Assembly (NCBI RefSeq): GCF_006345805.1 | Contig: NC_043006.1 | Location: 23,808,001 to 23,872,000 of the forward strand | DNA: 64,000 nt | DNA from: Octopus sinensis | Lineage: Eukaryota | Reading direction: 5' to 3' | Shown: positions 1-11,319 of the stretch, piece after piece | Position numbering within the stretch: the first letter of the stretch is position 1 | Layout: each line of letters begins with the position of its first letter | The notes under the pieces: generated by a model | Database searches by the model: none | What the model was told of the DNA's origin: nothing | Seen by the model: only the letters and a program-made list of their open reading frames with translations | Position numbers and translations under genes: made by a program

Positions 1-37
1 AGATACAACAGACACTGTACAACAATAACAGCAACAA

Positions 38-143
<106 letters not shown>

Positions 144-237
144 TGAAGAGGAATGAGAGACAGACAGACAGAGAAAGAGAGAGTGACATACACACATATG
201 CAGTGACAAAGAGACAGACAGAGAAAGAAACAGAGAG

Positions 238-495
238 AGACAGATGGACAGAGAGAAAGGCAGAGAGAACTAGAGAAAGAGGGAGACAAATGGACAGAGA
301 GAAAGGCACAGAGAACTAAAGAAAGAGAGAGAGACAGATGGACAGAGAGAAAGGCACAGAGAACTAGAGAGAGAGAGAGAGAGAGAGACAGATGGAGAGA
401 GAGAAAGGCACAGAGAACTAGAGAGAGAGAGAGAGAGAGAGACAGATGGACAGAGAGAAAGGCACAGAGAACTAGAGAGAGAGAGAGAAACAGAC
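238..495. repeat. Compound tandem repeat, ~52-58 bp unit with variable (GA)n
   Basis: GACAGATGGACAGAGAGAAAGGCACAGAGAACTAGAGA(GA)n is repeated 4-5 times. Confidence 0.85.
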
Positions 496-942
496 AGATA
501 GACAGAGAGAGAGAGTGCTAGAATGTCAGAGAAAGATAAGAGCGAACGACTAACCATTTTCATATACCAATAGACTTTTGTGAAAGCTAAGATGGCTATC
601 ATGCTTTGTTGGTAGCACCGATGATGGTGATGATGATGATGATGATGATGACACTGCTAAGGGGGTCCATTGCTGGCAGAACAGCATCACCATAAACATC
701 GTTTGTCAACATCAATGTTATTATGGAGGACTCAACATGTGTGTTTTTAGTGGAGCTGAAGGTACAGGAGGAGGATGACGATGACGAGGAATGGGAAGAG
801 CAGAGTGTGTGAGGCTTATGAGATATATATATATATATGTGTGTGAGATGGAAAGTGTGTGTGTGTGTATATATATATGTATAAATATGTAAACAACTTA
901 TATATATATATATTTTCCGTGCGTATTTTCCGTTTTTATTTT

Positions 943-992
<50 letters not shown>

Positions 993-1280
993 AGTTGTTT
1001 ACATATTTATAATCCATGCAATTGTGTGTGTGTGTAAAATAAAGCTGATGAAATTGAGGTGTGAGTGTATCTTGTGTGTGTGTGGGTGTGTGTGTGTGTG
1101 TAAGTAAAAAAGAGGGAGGGAGGGAGTCAGACAGGTGTATATGTGTACATGTATATGTTCATGTAAATGAGAGATTGTAGATGTAAGTTAAGCCGAGTAT
1201 AATTAAGATTTAAATCAGTGTGTGTGTGTGAATAAGCAAACAAAAATTGAGAATTAGAGAGAGAGGAAAGTGGCAGTTAC

Positions 1281-1400
1281 CTTGTAGTGTGATGTGAGTT
1301 GGTCAAGATGTGCTTTATGCTGTTTGACAATCTGTGAGATGACCAGCTCCAGTTTGTGCTGCTGGTCCTCTGTAAGGTCCTTCCGCAGTTCATCCAGAAT
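1281..1400 (-). CDS. Internal coding exon (120 nt, phase 0-0) of a coiled-coil protein: ILDELRKDLTEDQQHKLELVISQIVKQHKAHLDQLTSHYK
   Basis: Minus strand: acceptor ...tgtattaaacag|ATT, donor AAG|gtaact. The frame is open, the length is a multiple of 3, the peptide is amphipathic and heptad-like, and the sequence is non-repetitive. Confidence 0.85.
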
Positions 1401-1731
1401 CTGTTTAATACATTTATAAAGAGAATGGTATATATATATATATACGTTGGACAAGTCTTTTTTTTTTCTTATTGTAGAGTATACAAATGAAACAGGTTAG
1501 GACTGTGTGTGTGAGTGCATGCCAGCACACACACACACACACACATAGAATGTCAGTGTGTACGCACTTGTGAAGACAAACTACTTATATAAATGTGTGT
1601 TTATATAATCATGCACACACATACACAAGCTATAGATGATAATTTCAATAATACAAATCTATTAGATAGAAGTCTATTGCACACAAGCACATGTCATGCC
1701 AAAACACAGGTGTATGTGCACTCCCCTCATA

Positions 1732-1772
<41 letters not shown>

Positions 1773-2099
1773 TATATAACATACATACATACATACATAC
1801 ATACATGCCAGCATTGGTAAGTGGGCGTAAAGTGAAAACAATATATGTACTTAAAATACAGAAGGAAAACCTCATCCATAATTAAAACTCACCAAACAGA
1901 CAAACACAGAGGAAAATCAGAACATGTTATACTTTTTATACTTATTGTGTTATTTTATTTACTTTATGGTTTCTGTCTTTTCATATTTTATGAATGGAGA
2001 TTGAATGTGGCAAAACAGGCAACACCAAAATGGGCCGAGACTGGCCATGAAGCTGTAAACTGGTGGCAAGAACTGGGAGAAGGCACTTGTGCTTCAAAT

Positions 2100-2606
2100 A
2101 GGGTACAACAAATCAAACTGATTTTCATATAGGGTACCACAAATCAAATTGACTTTCATGTAGGGTACCATAAATAAAATTGACTTTCATGTAGGGTACC
2201 ACAAATCAAACTGACTTTCATGTAGGGTACCACAAATCAAATTGACTTTCATGTAGGGTACCATAAAAACTGACTTTCATGTAGGGTACCACAAATCAAA
2301 CTGACTTTCATGTAGGGTACTACAAATCAAACTGATTTTCATGTAGGTACCATAAATAAAACTGACTTTCATGTAGGGTACCACAAATCAAACTGACTTT
2401 CATGTAGGGTACCACAAATCAAATTGACTTTCATGTAGGGTACCATAAATAAAACTGACTTTCATGTAGGGTACCACAAATCAAACTGACTTTCATGTAG
2501 GGTACTACAAATCAAACTGATTTTCATGTAGGGTACCATAAATAAAACTGACTTTCATGTAGGGTACCACAAATCAAACTGACTTTCATGTAGTGTACCA
2601 CAAATC
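2100..2606. repeat. 31-bp minisatellite (~16 copies) with 3-unit higher-order structure
   Basis: Unit AGGGTACCACAAATCAAACTGACTTTCATGT; the variant with CATAAATAAAA recurs every third copy. Confidence 0.92.
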
Positions 2607-2654
2607 ATTCTACATTACTGCCCTACCTTTGGACGGTTGTTTCTTGATTTTATG

Positions 2655-2998
2655 CATGTGGCTTGACAACTACATGGTTCCAGGTCAGTCCCACTGAATG
2701 GCACCCTGGGCAAGTTTCTTCTACTACAGTCCTAGGCTGACAAAAGACTTGTGAGTGGATTTGATAGAGAGAAAATATGTGGAGGCCCATTGTATGTGTG
2801 TATGTGTGTGTGTGTGGTGCATGGCAACCATTGTGGGTATATTTACATCACCATAACCTAGCAGTTTGGCAAAAGAGATTGATAGGATAAGTACTAGACA
2901 TTAGAATATAAGTACTGGGGTTGATTTGTTTGATTAAACTCTTCGAGGCAGTGCCCCAGCATGGCCACAGTCCAATAACTGAAACAGGTAGAAGATTA
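2655..2998 (+). mobile_element. tRNA-derived SINE (family 2: head, CORE-like ttgggcaag segment, central microsatellite, ...ccagcatggccgcagtc tail); representative copy
   Basis: The same head and tail recur at ~12160-12510, 15655-16010, 17510-17915, 22130-23910 (split), 31700-32070, 34280-34640, 43870-44245 and 53720-54130, among others. Confidence 0.75.
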
Positions 2999-3265
2999 AA
3001 GATATACATATACATGTATGTGTGTCTGTGTGTGTACGTCGAAAGACACACACACACACACATATTATATATATATATATATATATATATACATACACAT
3101 ACATACATATACATACATCAACATACCGAATTTAGAAATAGCAGTCAAAGAGTTATAGCTATTTCTTCTACTAAAAGGGAGATCTCAGTAAAAACAGCAA
3201 TTGAAGGCAGACACAACAGGCAAGAGAGAATGAATTGACAGCAATTATCATACAATTTTAAGTTA

Positions 3266-3363
3266 TCTACGGACGCACGTTTCGAAATCAAGTTTTTAGG
3301 AAAGCATAAGAATTAAATATTAAATAATTCTACCTTACCAAACTTCTTTCTCTTCAGCGTAGA
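3266..3363 (-). ncRNA. Type I hammerhead ribozyme, intact core
   Basis: Sense: UCUACG CUGAAGA GAAAGAAGUUU...AAACUUGAUUUC GAAA CGUGCG UC|CGUAGA. Stem I is 6 bp, stem II is extended, stem III is minimal, and the cleavage triplet is GUC. Confidence 0.9.
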
Positions 3364-4043
3364 ATACATAATCATAAATGATTATATATTGAATTTTGAG
3401 ATACTAGAAGGCACCAACTCAACTCAGTATCAGAGCGAGCTAGAATCCGCAACTAGTATCACCAAATTCAAGTGTGAATGAAAAGATTGTGCACCAGCCC
3501 CTTCCCACCCGCGTGTAGCCAAAACAAGATGCTGTGGTCATCTACTGAGATAAAATATGGTTATCCGTAATAATGAAGGGTGAAATTAATTAATTTGGAA
3601 TAATTATCAATTACCAAGTAGTCTTCGGCATGTAAAGCCTCATTCGAGAAAATTTAAGTAATACTAAGCAATAAAGGTTTAGCAACGAATTGCCTTACCA
3701 CATACCGAATTTGAAATAGCAGTCAAGAGTTATAGCTATTTCTTCTACTAAAAATTTCCTCGAATGAGGCTTTTACATGCCGAAGACTACTTGGTGTAAT
3801 TGATAATTATTCCAAATTAATTAATTTCCCCTTCATTATACGGATAACCATATTTTATCTCAGTAGATGACCACAGCATCTTGTTTTGGCTACACGCGGG
3901 TGGGAAGGGGCTGGTGACACAATCTTTCATTCACACTTGAATTTGGTGATATAGTTGCGGATTCTAGCTCGCTCTGATACTGAGTTGAGTTGGTGCCTTC
4001 TAGTATCTCAAAATTCAATATATAATCATTTATATTATAGTAT

Positions 4044-4141
4044 TCTATGCTGAAGAGAAAAGAAGTTTGGGTAAGTAGAATTATTTAATATTTAATTCTT
4101 ATGCTTTCCTAAAAACTTGATTTCGAAAGTGCGTCCGTAGA
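4044..4141 (+). ncRNA. Type I hammerhead ribozyme, second copy lacking C15.2
   Basis: UCUAUG CUGAAGA GAAAAGAAGUUU...AAACUUGAUUUC GAAA GUGCG UC CGUAGA. One base is missing after GAAA (mutation or consensus error). Confidence 0.75.
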
Positions 4142-4413
4142 TAACTTAAAATTGTATGATAGATTGCCGTCAATCATTCTCTCTTACCTGTTTGTGTCTG
4201 CAATTGTGTTTTTACTGAATCTCCTTTTTAGTGAAGAAATAGCTATAACTCTTTGACGCTATTTCTAAATTCGGTATGTGGTAAGGCAATTCGTTGCTAA
4301 ACCCTTTATTGCTTAGTATTACTAAATTTCCTCGAATGAGGCTTTTACATGCCGAAGACTACTTGGTGTAATTGATAATTATTCCAAATTATTAATTTCA
4401 CCCTCATTATTAC

Positions 4414-4607
4414 AAATATATATACATACACATACATAATATACATACATACATACATATATATGCATACACATACATACATATATATACACATACACAT
4501 ACATACATATATATATATACATACACATACATACATATACATACATACACATACATACATATATATAATACATATACAACATATATATACATACACATAC
4601 ATACATT

Positions 4608-4639
<32 letters not shown>

Positions 4640-4650
4640 TATACACACAC
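4414..4650. repeat. Compound (TA)/(CA)/(CATA) microsatellite
   Basis: Direct reading. Similar large blocks at 28330-28680, 44670-44900, 54590-54960 and 61080-61510. Confidence 0.9.
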
Positions 4651-5119
4651 ACAAGATTATCCGCTCTCCCCTCTTCATAACCACCCTAACCTGGTGCAAT
4701 GCGATTAACTTCCAAAGTATTATAAACATAGAATAAAAAAAAAAAACACATGTTGTCACAGAGCTAAGAAAGTCAAGAGGGGTGGGGAGAGGGATTACTA
4801 AGAGAAGTGTGTGTGTGTGTAAAAGATATGGCAGGAGTAGATAGTAATGTTAGAAAGAGGGAGATTATCACACCCCTCCCCGATCCTTCTACCCACACCT
4901 TCCCCCTCGTACCACCCAGCCAGGGTAAAAATTGACTTTTGAGTACAAGCTCGTTTATTATAAAAGCTTCGTTTAATTGTTTATGCAATATGCTTTGTTG
5001 TTGTTGTTGTGATTTTAGCAAAGTGTTTACTGTGATTGTGGCAGTGGTAGCAATGGTGGTGGTGGTGGTGGTGTGGAGGGCCTTTGTTGTTTTAACCTCA
5101 TCATGTCTGTTCTCTCTGA

Positions 5120-5383
5120 GCCATCAGATTTGGATCTATGGAGGTGGCCACCTGGCAGAATTGTTAGCACGCAGAACGAAATGCCTACAAAATGCTTTGT
5201 GGCATTTTGTCCATCTTTACGTTCTGAGTTCAAATTCTGTCATGGTCAGCTTTGCCTTTTGCCTTTTCAGGGGTCAATGAATTAAGTACCAATCAAGCAA
5301 CTAGTAACCAACTACTCTCAAAATTTCAGTCTCTCTACCTATATTAGAAAGGATTATAAGGTATCCAATTCAGCTAGCTGATA

Positions 5384-5426
<43 letters not shown>

Positions 5427-6791
5427 GTTTAAAATTTTGCCACAAGGGCAGTTTGGGGGGGAGGTGGGGATGGGTCGATTACATTGACCCCAGTCTACAA
5501 CTGGTAATTATTTTATGGACCTTGAAAAGATGAAAGGCAAAGTTGACCTCGACGAAATTTGAACTCAGAACATAGCGATGGGCGAAATGCTTAGCAGCAT
5601 TTCGCCCAGCGTGCTAATGATTCTGCCAGATCAGCACCTTAATGATAATAATTATTCCAAATAAAGGTGGTGAGCTGGCAGAAACGTTAGCACACCAGGC
5701 AAAATGCTGAGTGGTATTTCGTCTGTCTTTACATTCAGAGTTCAAATTCCACTGAGATTGACTTTGCCTTTCATCCTTTCGGGGTCGATAAATTAAGTAT
5801 CAGTTGTGTACTGGGCCCCCTCCCCACAAATTTCAAGCCTTGTGCCTAGAGTAGAAAAGAATAATCATTTCAAATTTTTGCCACAAGGGCAGCTTGGGGG
5901 AATGTGGGGATGAGTCGATTACACTGACCCTAGTACTCAACTGGTACTTGTTTTATCAACCTTGAAAGGATAAAAAGCAAAGTTGACCTTGCAGAATTTG
6001 AACTCAGAATGTAGTGACGAGCGAAATACCACTAAGTATTCCGTCCAGCATGCTAATGATTCTGCCAGCTCCGTTACCTTAATAATTGATAATAATAATA
6101 ATAATAATATAATAATAATAATAATAATGGTTTAAAATTTTGCCACAAGGGCAGTTTGGGGGGGAGGTGGGGATGGGTCGATTACATTGACCCCAGTCTA
6201 CAACTGGTAATTATTTTATGGACCTTGAAAAGATGAAAGGCAAAGTTGACCTCGACGAAATTTGAACTCAGAACATAGCGATGGGCGAAATGCTTAGCAG
6301 CATTTCGCCCAGCGTGCTAATGATTCTGCCAGATCAGCACCTTAATGATAATAATTATTCCAAATAAAGGTGGTGAGCTGGCAGAAACGTTAGCACACCA
6401 GGCAAAATGCTGAGTGGTATTTCGTCTGTCTTTACATTCAGAGTTCAAATTCCACTGAGATTGACTTTGCCTTTCATCCTTTCGGGGTCGATAAATTAAG
6501 TATCAGTTGTGTACTGGGCCCCCTCCCCAAAAATTTCAATCCTTGTGCCTAGAGTAGAAAAGAATAATTATTTCAAATTTTTGCCACAAGTGCAGCTTGG
6601 GGGAAGGTGGGGATGAGTCAATTACACTGACCCTAGTACTCAACTGGTACTTGTTTTATCAACCTTGAAAGGATAAAAAGCAAAGTTGACCTTGCAGAAT
6701 TTGAACTCAGAATGTAGTGACGAGCGAAATACCACTAAGTATTCCGTCCAGCATGCTAATGATTCTGCCAGCTCCGTTACCTTAATAATTG

Positions 6792-6826
<35 letters not shown>

Positions 6827-7440
6827 CCTTTCTACTATAGGCACAAGGTCTGAAGTTTTGTGGGGAGGGGAACAATCAATCACATTGACCCCAGTACTTG
6901 ACTGGTACTTAATTTATCGACTCCGAAAGGGTGAAAGGCAAAGTTGGCCACAAGCTGAATTTGAACTCAGAATTAAAAGGACAGACAAAATGCCGCTAAG
7001 CATTTTAACTCAGCATGCTATCAATTTTGCCAGCTCACCTAATAATAATAATAATAGTTATAAAAATAACTTATTTGCCACAAGGGTTTAAAAATGATTG
7101 GCAACATTTAAATGATTCAATTGTGAAAAGCAGTGGGGATTTACACAGATTTGAGGCAGGGACAATTTTTAATTTAAGAATTTTTGTTTTAAGGTATCTA
7201 ACATACCTATTTCTTTACTGCCCACAAGGGGCTAAACACAGAGAGGACAAACAAGAACAGACACACGGATTAAGTCGATTATATCGACCCCAGTGCGTAA
7301 CTAGTACTTAATTTATCGACCCCGAAAGGATGAAAGGCAAAGTCGACCGCAGCAGAATTTGAACTCAGAACGTAGCAGCAGACGAAATACGGCTACGCAT
7401 TTCGCCCAGCGTGCTAACGTGTCTGCCAGCTCGCCGCCTA
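5120..7440. mobile_element. Array of tRNA-derived SINEs (family 1) in alternating orientation, separated by (AAT)n
   Basis: Repeated ~210-bp unit ggtggtgagctggcagaatcgttagc...gagttcaaattcc (A/B-box-like)...gtcgactttgcctttcatcc...gtagaaaggattatt. Confidence 0.85.
5426..6830. repeat. Recent 703-bp tandem duplication containing three SINE units
   Basis: GGTTTAAAATTTTGCCACAAGG occurs at 5426 and 6129. The two copies differ by only a handful of substitutions, and the boundaries lie in (AAT)n. Confidence 0.9.
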
Positions 7441-8834
7441 TACATACCACCGGCCAGAGTGCCAATTTCTGTGACACCAGTATCTGCCATGACCATGATT
7501 TTGCTTGACTTGATGGGTCTTCTTCCCAAGCACGACATAATGCCAAAGGTCTTGGTCTTTGCTTTCGTGAGGCTCAACACTCAAAAGGAACTCAGCCACT
7601 TTGCCTCCATGAGGTCCAACACTCAAAAGAATATATGTATAATTGATTGACTGAGTGATTGATGGAGAGAGGTAAGAGGTAGGAAGTTCAGGTTTTAAGG
7701 TGTGTATTCCATGGTGTATCTGCCATGGGAGCAAAACCCTGAACTCCCCATGTTTAACTTCACATTACCTAGCCGTGAAGAGAAATCATGAAGAGATGGG
7801 AAATCACTTGCTACAGACTACCATCCTATCCAGGTGGGATGAGGAGGACTTCATCCCTGATCCGCTTAATATAAGTTGATGCACAACTAAACAGCTGTAA
7901 GTGGGTTTCACAAGAGATTAACCTACAAGTATACACAGTGTGTATGCATACATGTGTGTGTGTATGTGTGTATACCACTTAAAGCAGAAGATTAACGTGG
8001 ATTTCTGTTCATTGCCCAAGGCCTCAACTCTTCATTCAGCTGTGTACAGTGATGATAACAATCATCATCAGCCTCAGCATCATCATGCTGCAGTTGTTTT
8101 GACAGAGGTAGTGGTGGTGGTGGTGGTGGTGGTGGTGTTAGTGGTAATAAACACTCATGTTTGTCATTACAGTAGTAGCAGTAGTGGCAGCAGCAGTAGT
8201 AGTAGTAGTATTACTAATGCAGTGAAAGTAGTGGTGGCGGTGGCGGCGGCAGCAGTATTTCTAATGGTGTTGTTATAGATGTAGTAGTAGAAGCAGTAAT
8301 AGTGGTGGTAATGGTGGAGCTAAATTAATTACCAGCGCAAAATAGAAGGAATGGTTGCAGTGGTTAGTGTGGGTGCCCATGGCAGTCACAGTGGAGATGA
8401 CGGTATCTTAGGAGTTGGGGGGAGGGGTCCATAGGGGCTCCAAGTGTTTCAAGAAAAGAAGGAGCTTATTGCCTCCCTTTTTTTTTGTTCTCGAAGACCA
8501 ATCACTAGCCATGCATGCAAGCTTCTCTGCCTCTCCATATCAATGACATAACCCAAGGGAAACACTTAGCACCAATGTCATCACCATTAAAATGCAGGAA
8601 ACAGTCCCCTGATTCACCAGCTCAAGTTAAACTGTCAAACAACCCATGCAAGCATGTATAACGAACTTTAAATGAAGACGAGGTGATTGCGCGTGCGTGC
8701 ATGCGTGTGTGTGTGTGTGTGTGTATTACACATATAATATATATGCACTATATATCATGACCCTACCCATGTCAGCACAGAAAACAGATTTAATTGACAA
8801 TGATGCACACATGTGTGTATCAGCACACGTGTGT

Positions 8835-9660
8835 ATGTGGACAAGTGTACCGCCATGCATTTTGGGAGGAAAAACCCAACGTCCACATACTCTCTGCACA
8901 ACACTAATATCAAGAAGTTTTCTTGTGAATGTGACCTGGGCATTACTATCAACAGTGATTTGTGCTGGACAAAGCACATTACTAAAATTGTCAAGAAGGC
9001 TGAGAGTGTCTTGAAATCATTCAGCAAAACTTTTGTCAGCCATTCTCCAGCGATTTATTTAAGGCTGTATATTGGCTAGGGTACAGCCACACTTGGAATT
9101 TGCATCTGGAACCCCTATCTTGCTCAGCACATTGACCTCCTGGAAACTGTTCAGAGACATGCAACCAAGCGAACACCCTCCATCAGGCATCTACCATACT
9201 CTGAACACCTTGCTTCTCAGGGCATAGCTACATTGAAGCTTTGATGTCTGGCAACTGACTTGGTAAAGACCCACAAAATTATTAACCATTGTGCCAACAA
9301 CCATCTTGAACACCTTTTTGAGCTCCATGTGTCTAACACATGTGGGTATGCCTACAAAGTCAGAAAACAGCACAGCTCCCATCACTTTCAGAAACATTTT
9401 TTCACACTCAGAGTTGCTGAAGCATGGACCAAACTGCCTGCATCAGTTGTTAGTTGCTGAGACATTGCATCCTTTAAAACTGACATGCTTCCTGAAATTC
9501 ACCAACACTACAACTGATATCCCTCCTCCATACACATGTATATCATGACACATACACTATTCACTTTCCTGACTTTTGTACATAATTCTATGTATTGTGC
9601 ATGCACCTTTGATGAGTTGTGCACCTGAGCACTGTACACAATAATTTCATTATAATCGTT
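8835..9660 (+). mobile_element. 5'-truncated CR1/L2-type LINE (RT C-terminus and 3' UTR), degenerate
   Basis: VDKCTAMHFGRKNP...CDLGITINSDLCWTKHITKIVKKA...PHLEFAS...LLETVQRHATK...FFTLRVAEAWTKLP, with stops and frameshifts. Confidence 0.9.
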
Positions 9661-9754
9661 ATAAATATCCCACTTGAATAGCTCACCTGACATGCTGCAA
9701 AGTTATTTCCCTTGCTCCATGCAAGCCAGTTTCACACTTGGGGTTTGTGTAGAC

Positions 9755-9880
9755 CAGTGTTCCTCAACCTTTTTACCTTTGTGTAACCCTTAAAATAAAT
9801 TACATGTCTCAAAGAACCCCTGCACAAAAAAAAAATTATATACCATATCTTTCTCGTACATTTTCATTATAGTTCACGTG

Positions 9881-9932
<52 letters not shown>

Positions 9933-10008
9933 TGAAATTAGTATTAGCTTATCTCATTCTTTCTTGCAGAACCCTAGGGTCCCGGGGAACCCCGGTTGAG
10001 AAATGCTG
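9755..10008. mobile_element. hAT-type MITE (CAGTG.. termini)
   Basis: TIR-like ends CAGTGTTCCTCAACC / GGTTGAGAAATGCTG; the flanking 8-mers match only partly. Confidence 0.65.
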
Positions 10009-10491
10009 GTGTCTAAGTGTATGTCTAAGTGTATGATATTTTGTCTAAGTGTCTGTCTAAGTGTATGATATTTTGTAGTGTGATAACATGTATGTACAAC
10101 GCTTGTTAGTCCCAGGTCACCCCTATTTAGACTTATGGCCACAAGCACTCCAGCTGTGGCTACTACCCTATTTTTGCCCTTATATCCAAGGAATCTGGGA
10201 CAGCATTATTCAGTTTTTCATTTTCTAAAACAGAAGGGTATGAAATGATGGTGATCTGGCTGCTATTTCTAGCAGGCCATACTCACAACAAGAGGTTCTC
10301 TCGCACTGGTGTGTGTATGTATTATGTGCAATCTTTCTATCTGTGTGGTGTGTCTGGATGTATGTGTATGTGCGAATGCTCTCATACATACATATCTATT
10401 ACCTCCCTTTGTCAGTGGTAAATTACAAAATTTAGATCTCCTAACCCACCTCTATAACCATTGCCCCTCAGTGTGTGATAAGCCTGTAAAT

Positions 10492-11013
10492 TTTTTTTTC
10501 CCACGAGAGTTCTGGACCCCAGTTATGAACTCATTTGCAAACAGCCAATCAGAGCTCAACTATCAAACTAATTTATTAGCGTATAACAAGTGATGGGCGA
10601 TAAGAAAAAGTCACTTGGTTAAGGAATGACTGTGCTTCTTTTCTCTTTTAAGAATGCATGTTGTTCTTCTTGTTTCAACCATAGCTGCCTCTGCGTAGTT
10701 ATTTGTGCTGTTGCTTACTTTATAAAACAGTAAGGGGGGAGGGTTGCTAGTACAACACGCTCTACCCATATTTTCCCCCATCCACATCTTTACCATATGG
10801 GGCCCTAACAAAATCCGATAACAGCTATAGATGCAAATCTATCTAATTGCTTGTCTCCTTCTAAATTCAGGCATAACTTGGCAATTGGTCAACTTACAAC
10901 ACTGTTCTTAAATGCCAACCTTTGTTAACTTGACGACAAGGTCAAGGTGAGCTCTGATTGGCTGTAAGCAAATGAGTTCATTACTGGGGCCCAGAACTGT
11001 CGTGGGGAAAAAA
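10492..11013. mobile_element. MITE with ~65-bp terminal inverted repeats
   Basis: TTCCCACGAGAGTTCTGGACCCCAGTTATGAACTCATTTGCAAACAGCCAATCAGAGCTCA versus the reverse complement of 10948-11013. Confidence 0.7.
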
Positions 11014-11319
11014 CATTTCGCAATAGGCCCAGTGTCCCATTACTAATAATTGTACACCTGGATGACCCAATGGCAGTTACACATACTCGCAGCGTCAATA
11101 TAAAAAAATGTATCAATCCAGGAACAATGACTTGGCATAACCCTAAGAACACCAGGCATATTATTATTATTTTTATTATTTCCCTGCACTTAATGACTTA
11201 TTATTCTGGTAATAAACAACTAAACAAAATGATACCAATTCCAGCCCATCCCACCCTAAAATTAACCTATCCTGGGAATGAAATTCAAAAAATTTATAGA
11301 CAAAACAAATATTCTTTTC

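Larger units (their letters stand above)
3121..4413. mobile_element. Non-coding HHR-bearing PLE pseudo-LTR / retrozyme-like element: 579-bp monomer as two permuted >1-unit copies in divergent inverted orientation
   Basis: ACATACCGAATTT occurs at 3121 and 3700 (period 579). From ~3752 the reverse complement runs to 4413, with AAATTTCCTCGAATGAGG at 3752 and 4324. Each arm carries an HHR and the flanks are (TA)/(CA) microsatellite. Confidence 0.8.

Noticed and set aside
751-812. + strand acidic peptide ELKVQEEDDDDEEWEEQSV* after ttttag, resembling the acidic Trp tail of WASP/WAVE-type proteins
   Set aside because: The same bases are the polypyrimidine tract of a minus-strand acceptor at 755, which explains the purine bias. 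There is no supporting + strand exon upstream in the window.
2100-2606. Regularly spaced 31-bp repeats as a CRISPR array
   Set aside because: The units are contiguous with no unique spacers, no cas genes are present, and the context is eukaryotic.
4345-4708. Many overlapping ORFs rich in Y/I/C/V/H/T (also 28221-28911, 44644-44912, 54554-55037, 61016-61622)
   Set aside because: These are translations of (TA)/(CA)/(CATA) microsatellites.
5665-5760. tRNA-like heads with A/B boxes
   Set aside because: They continue into SINE bodies and lack a complete cloverleaf, so they are SINE heads and not tRNA genes.
7438-7734. 98-aa minus-strand ORF in less repetitive sequence
   Set aside because: It has no recognisable domain and no good splice sites, and it contains an internal ~33-bp duplication; likely a repeat remnant.
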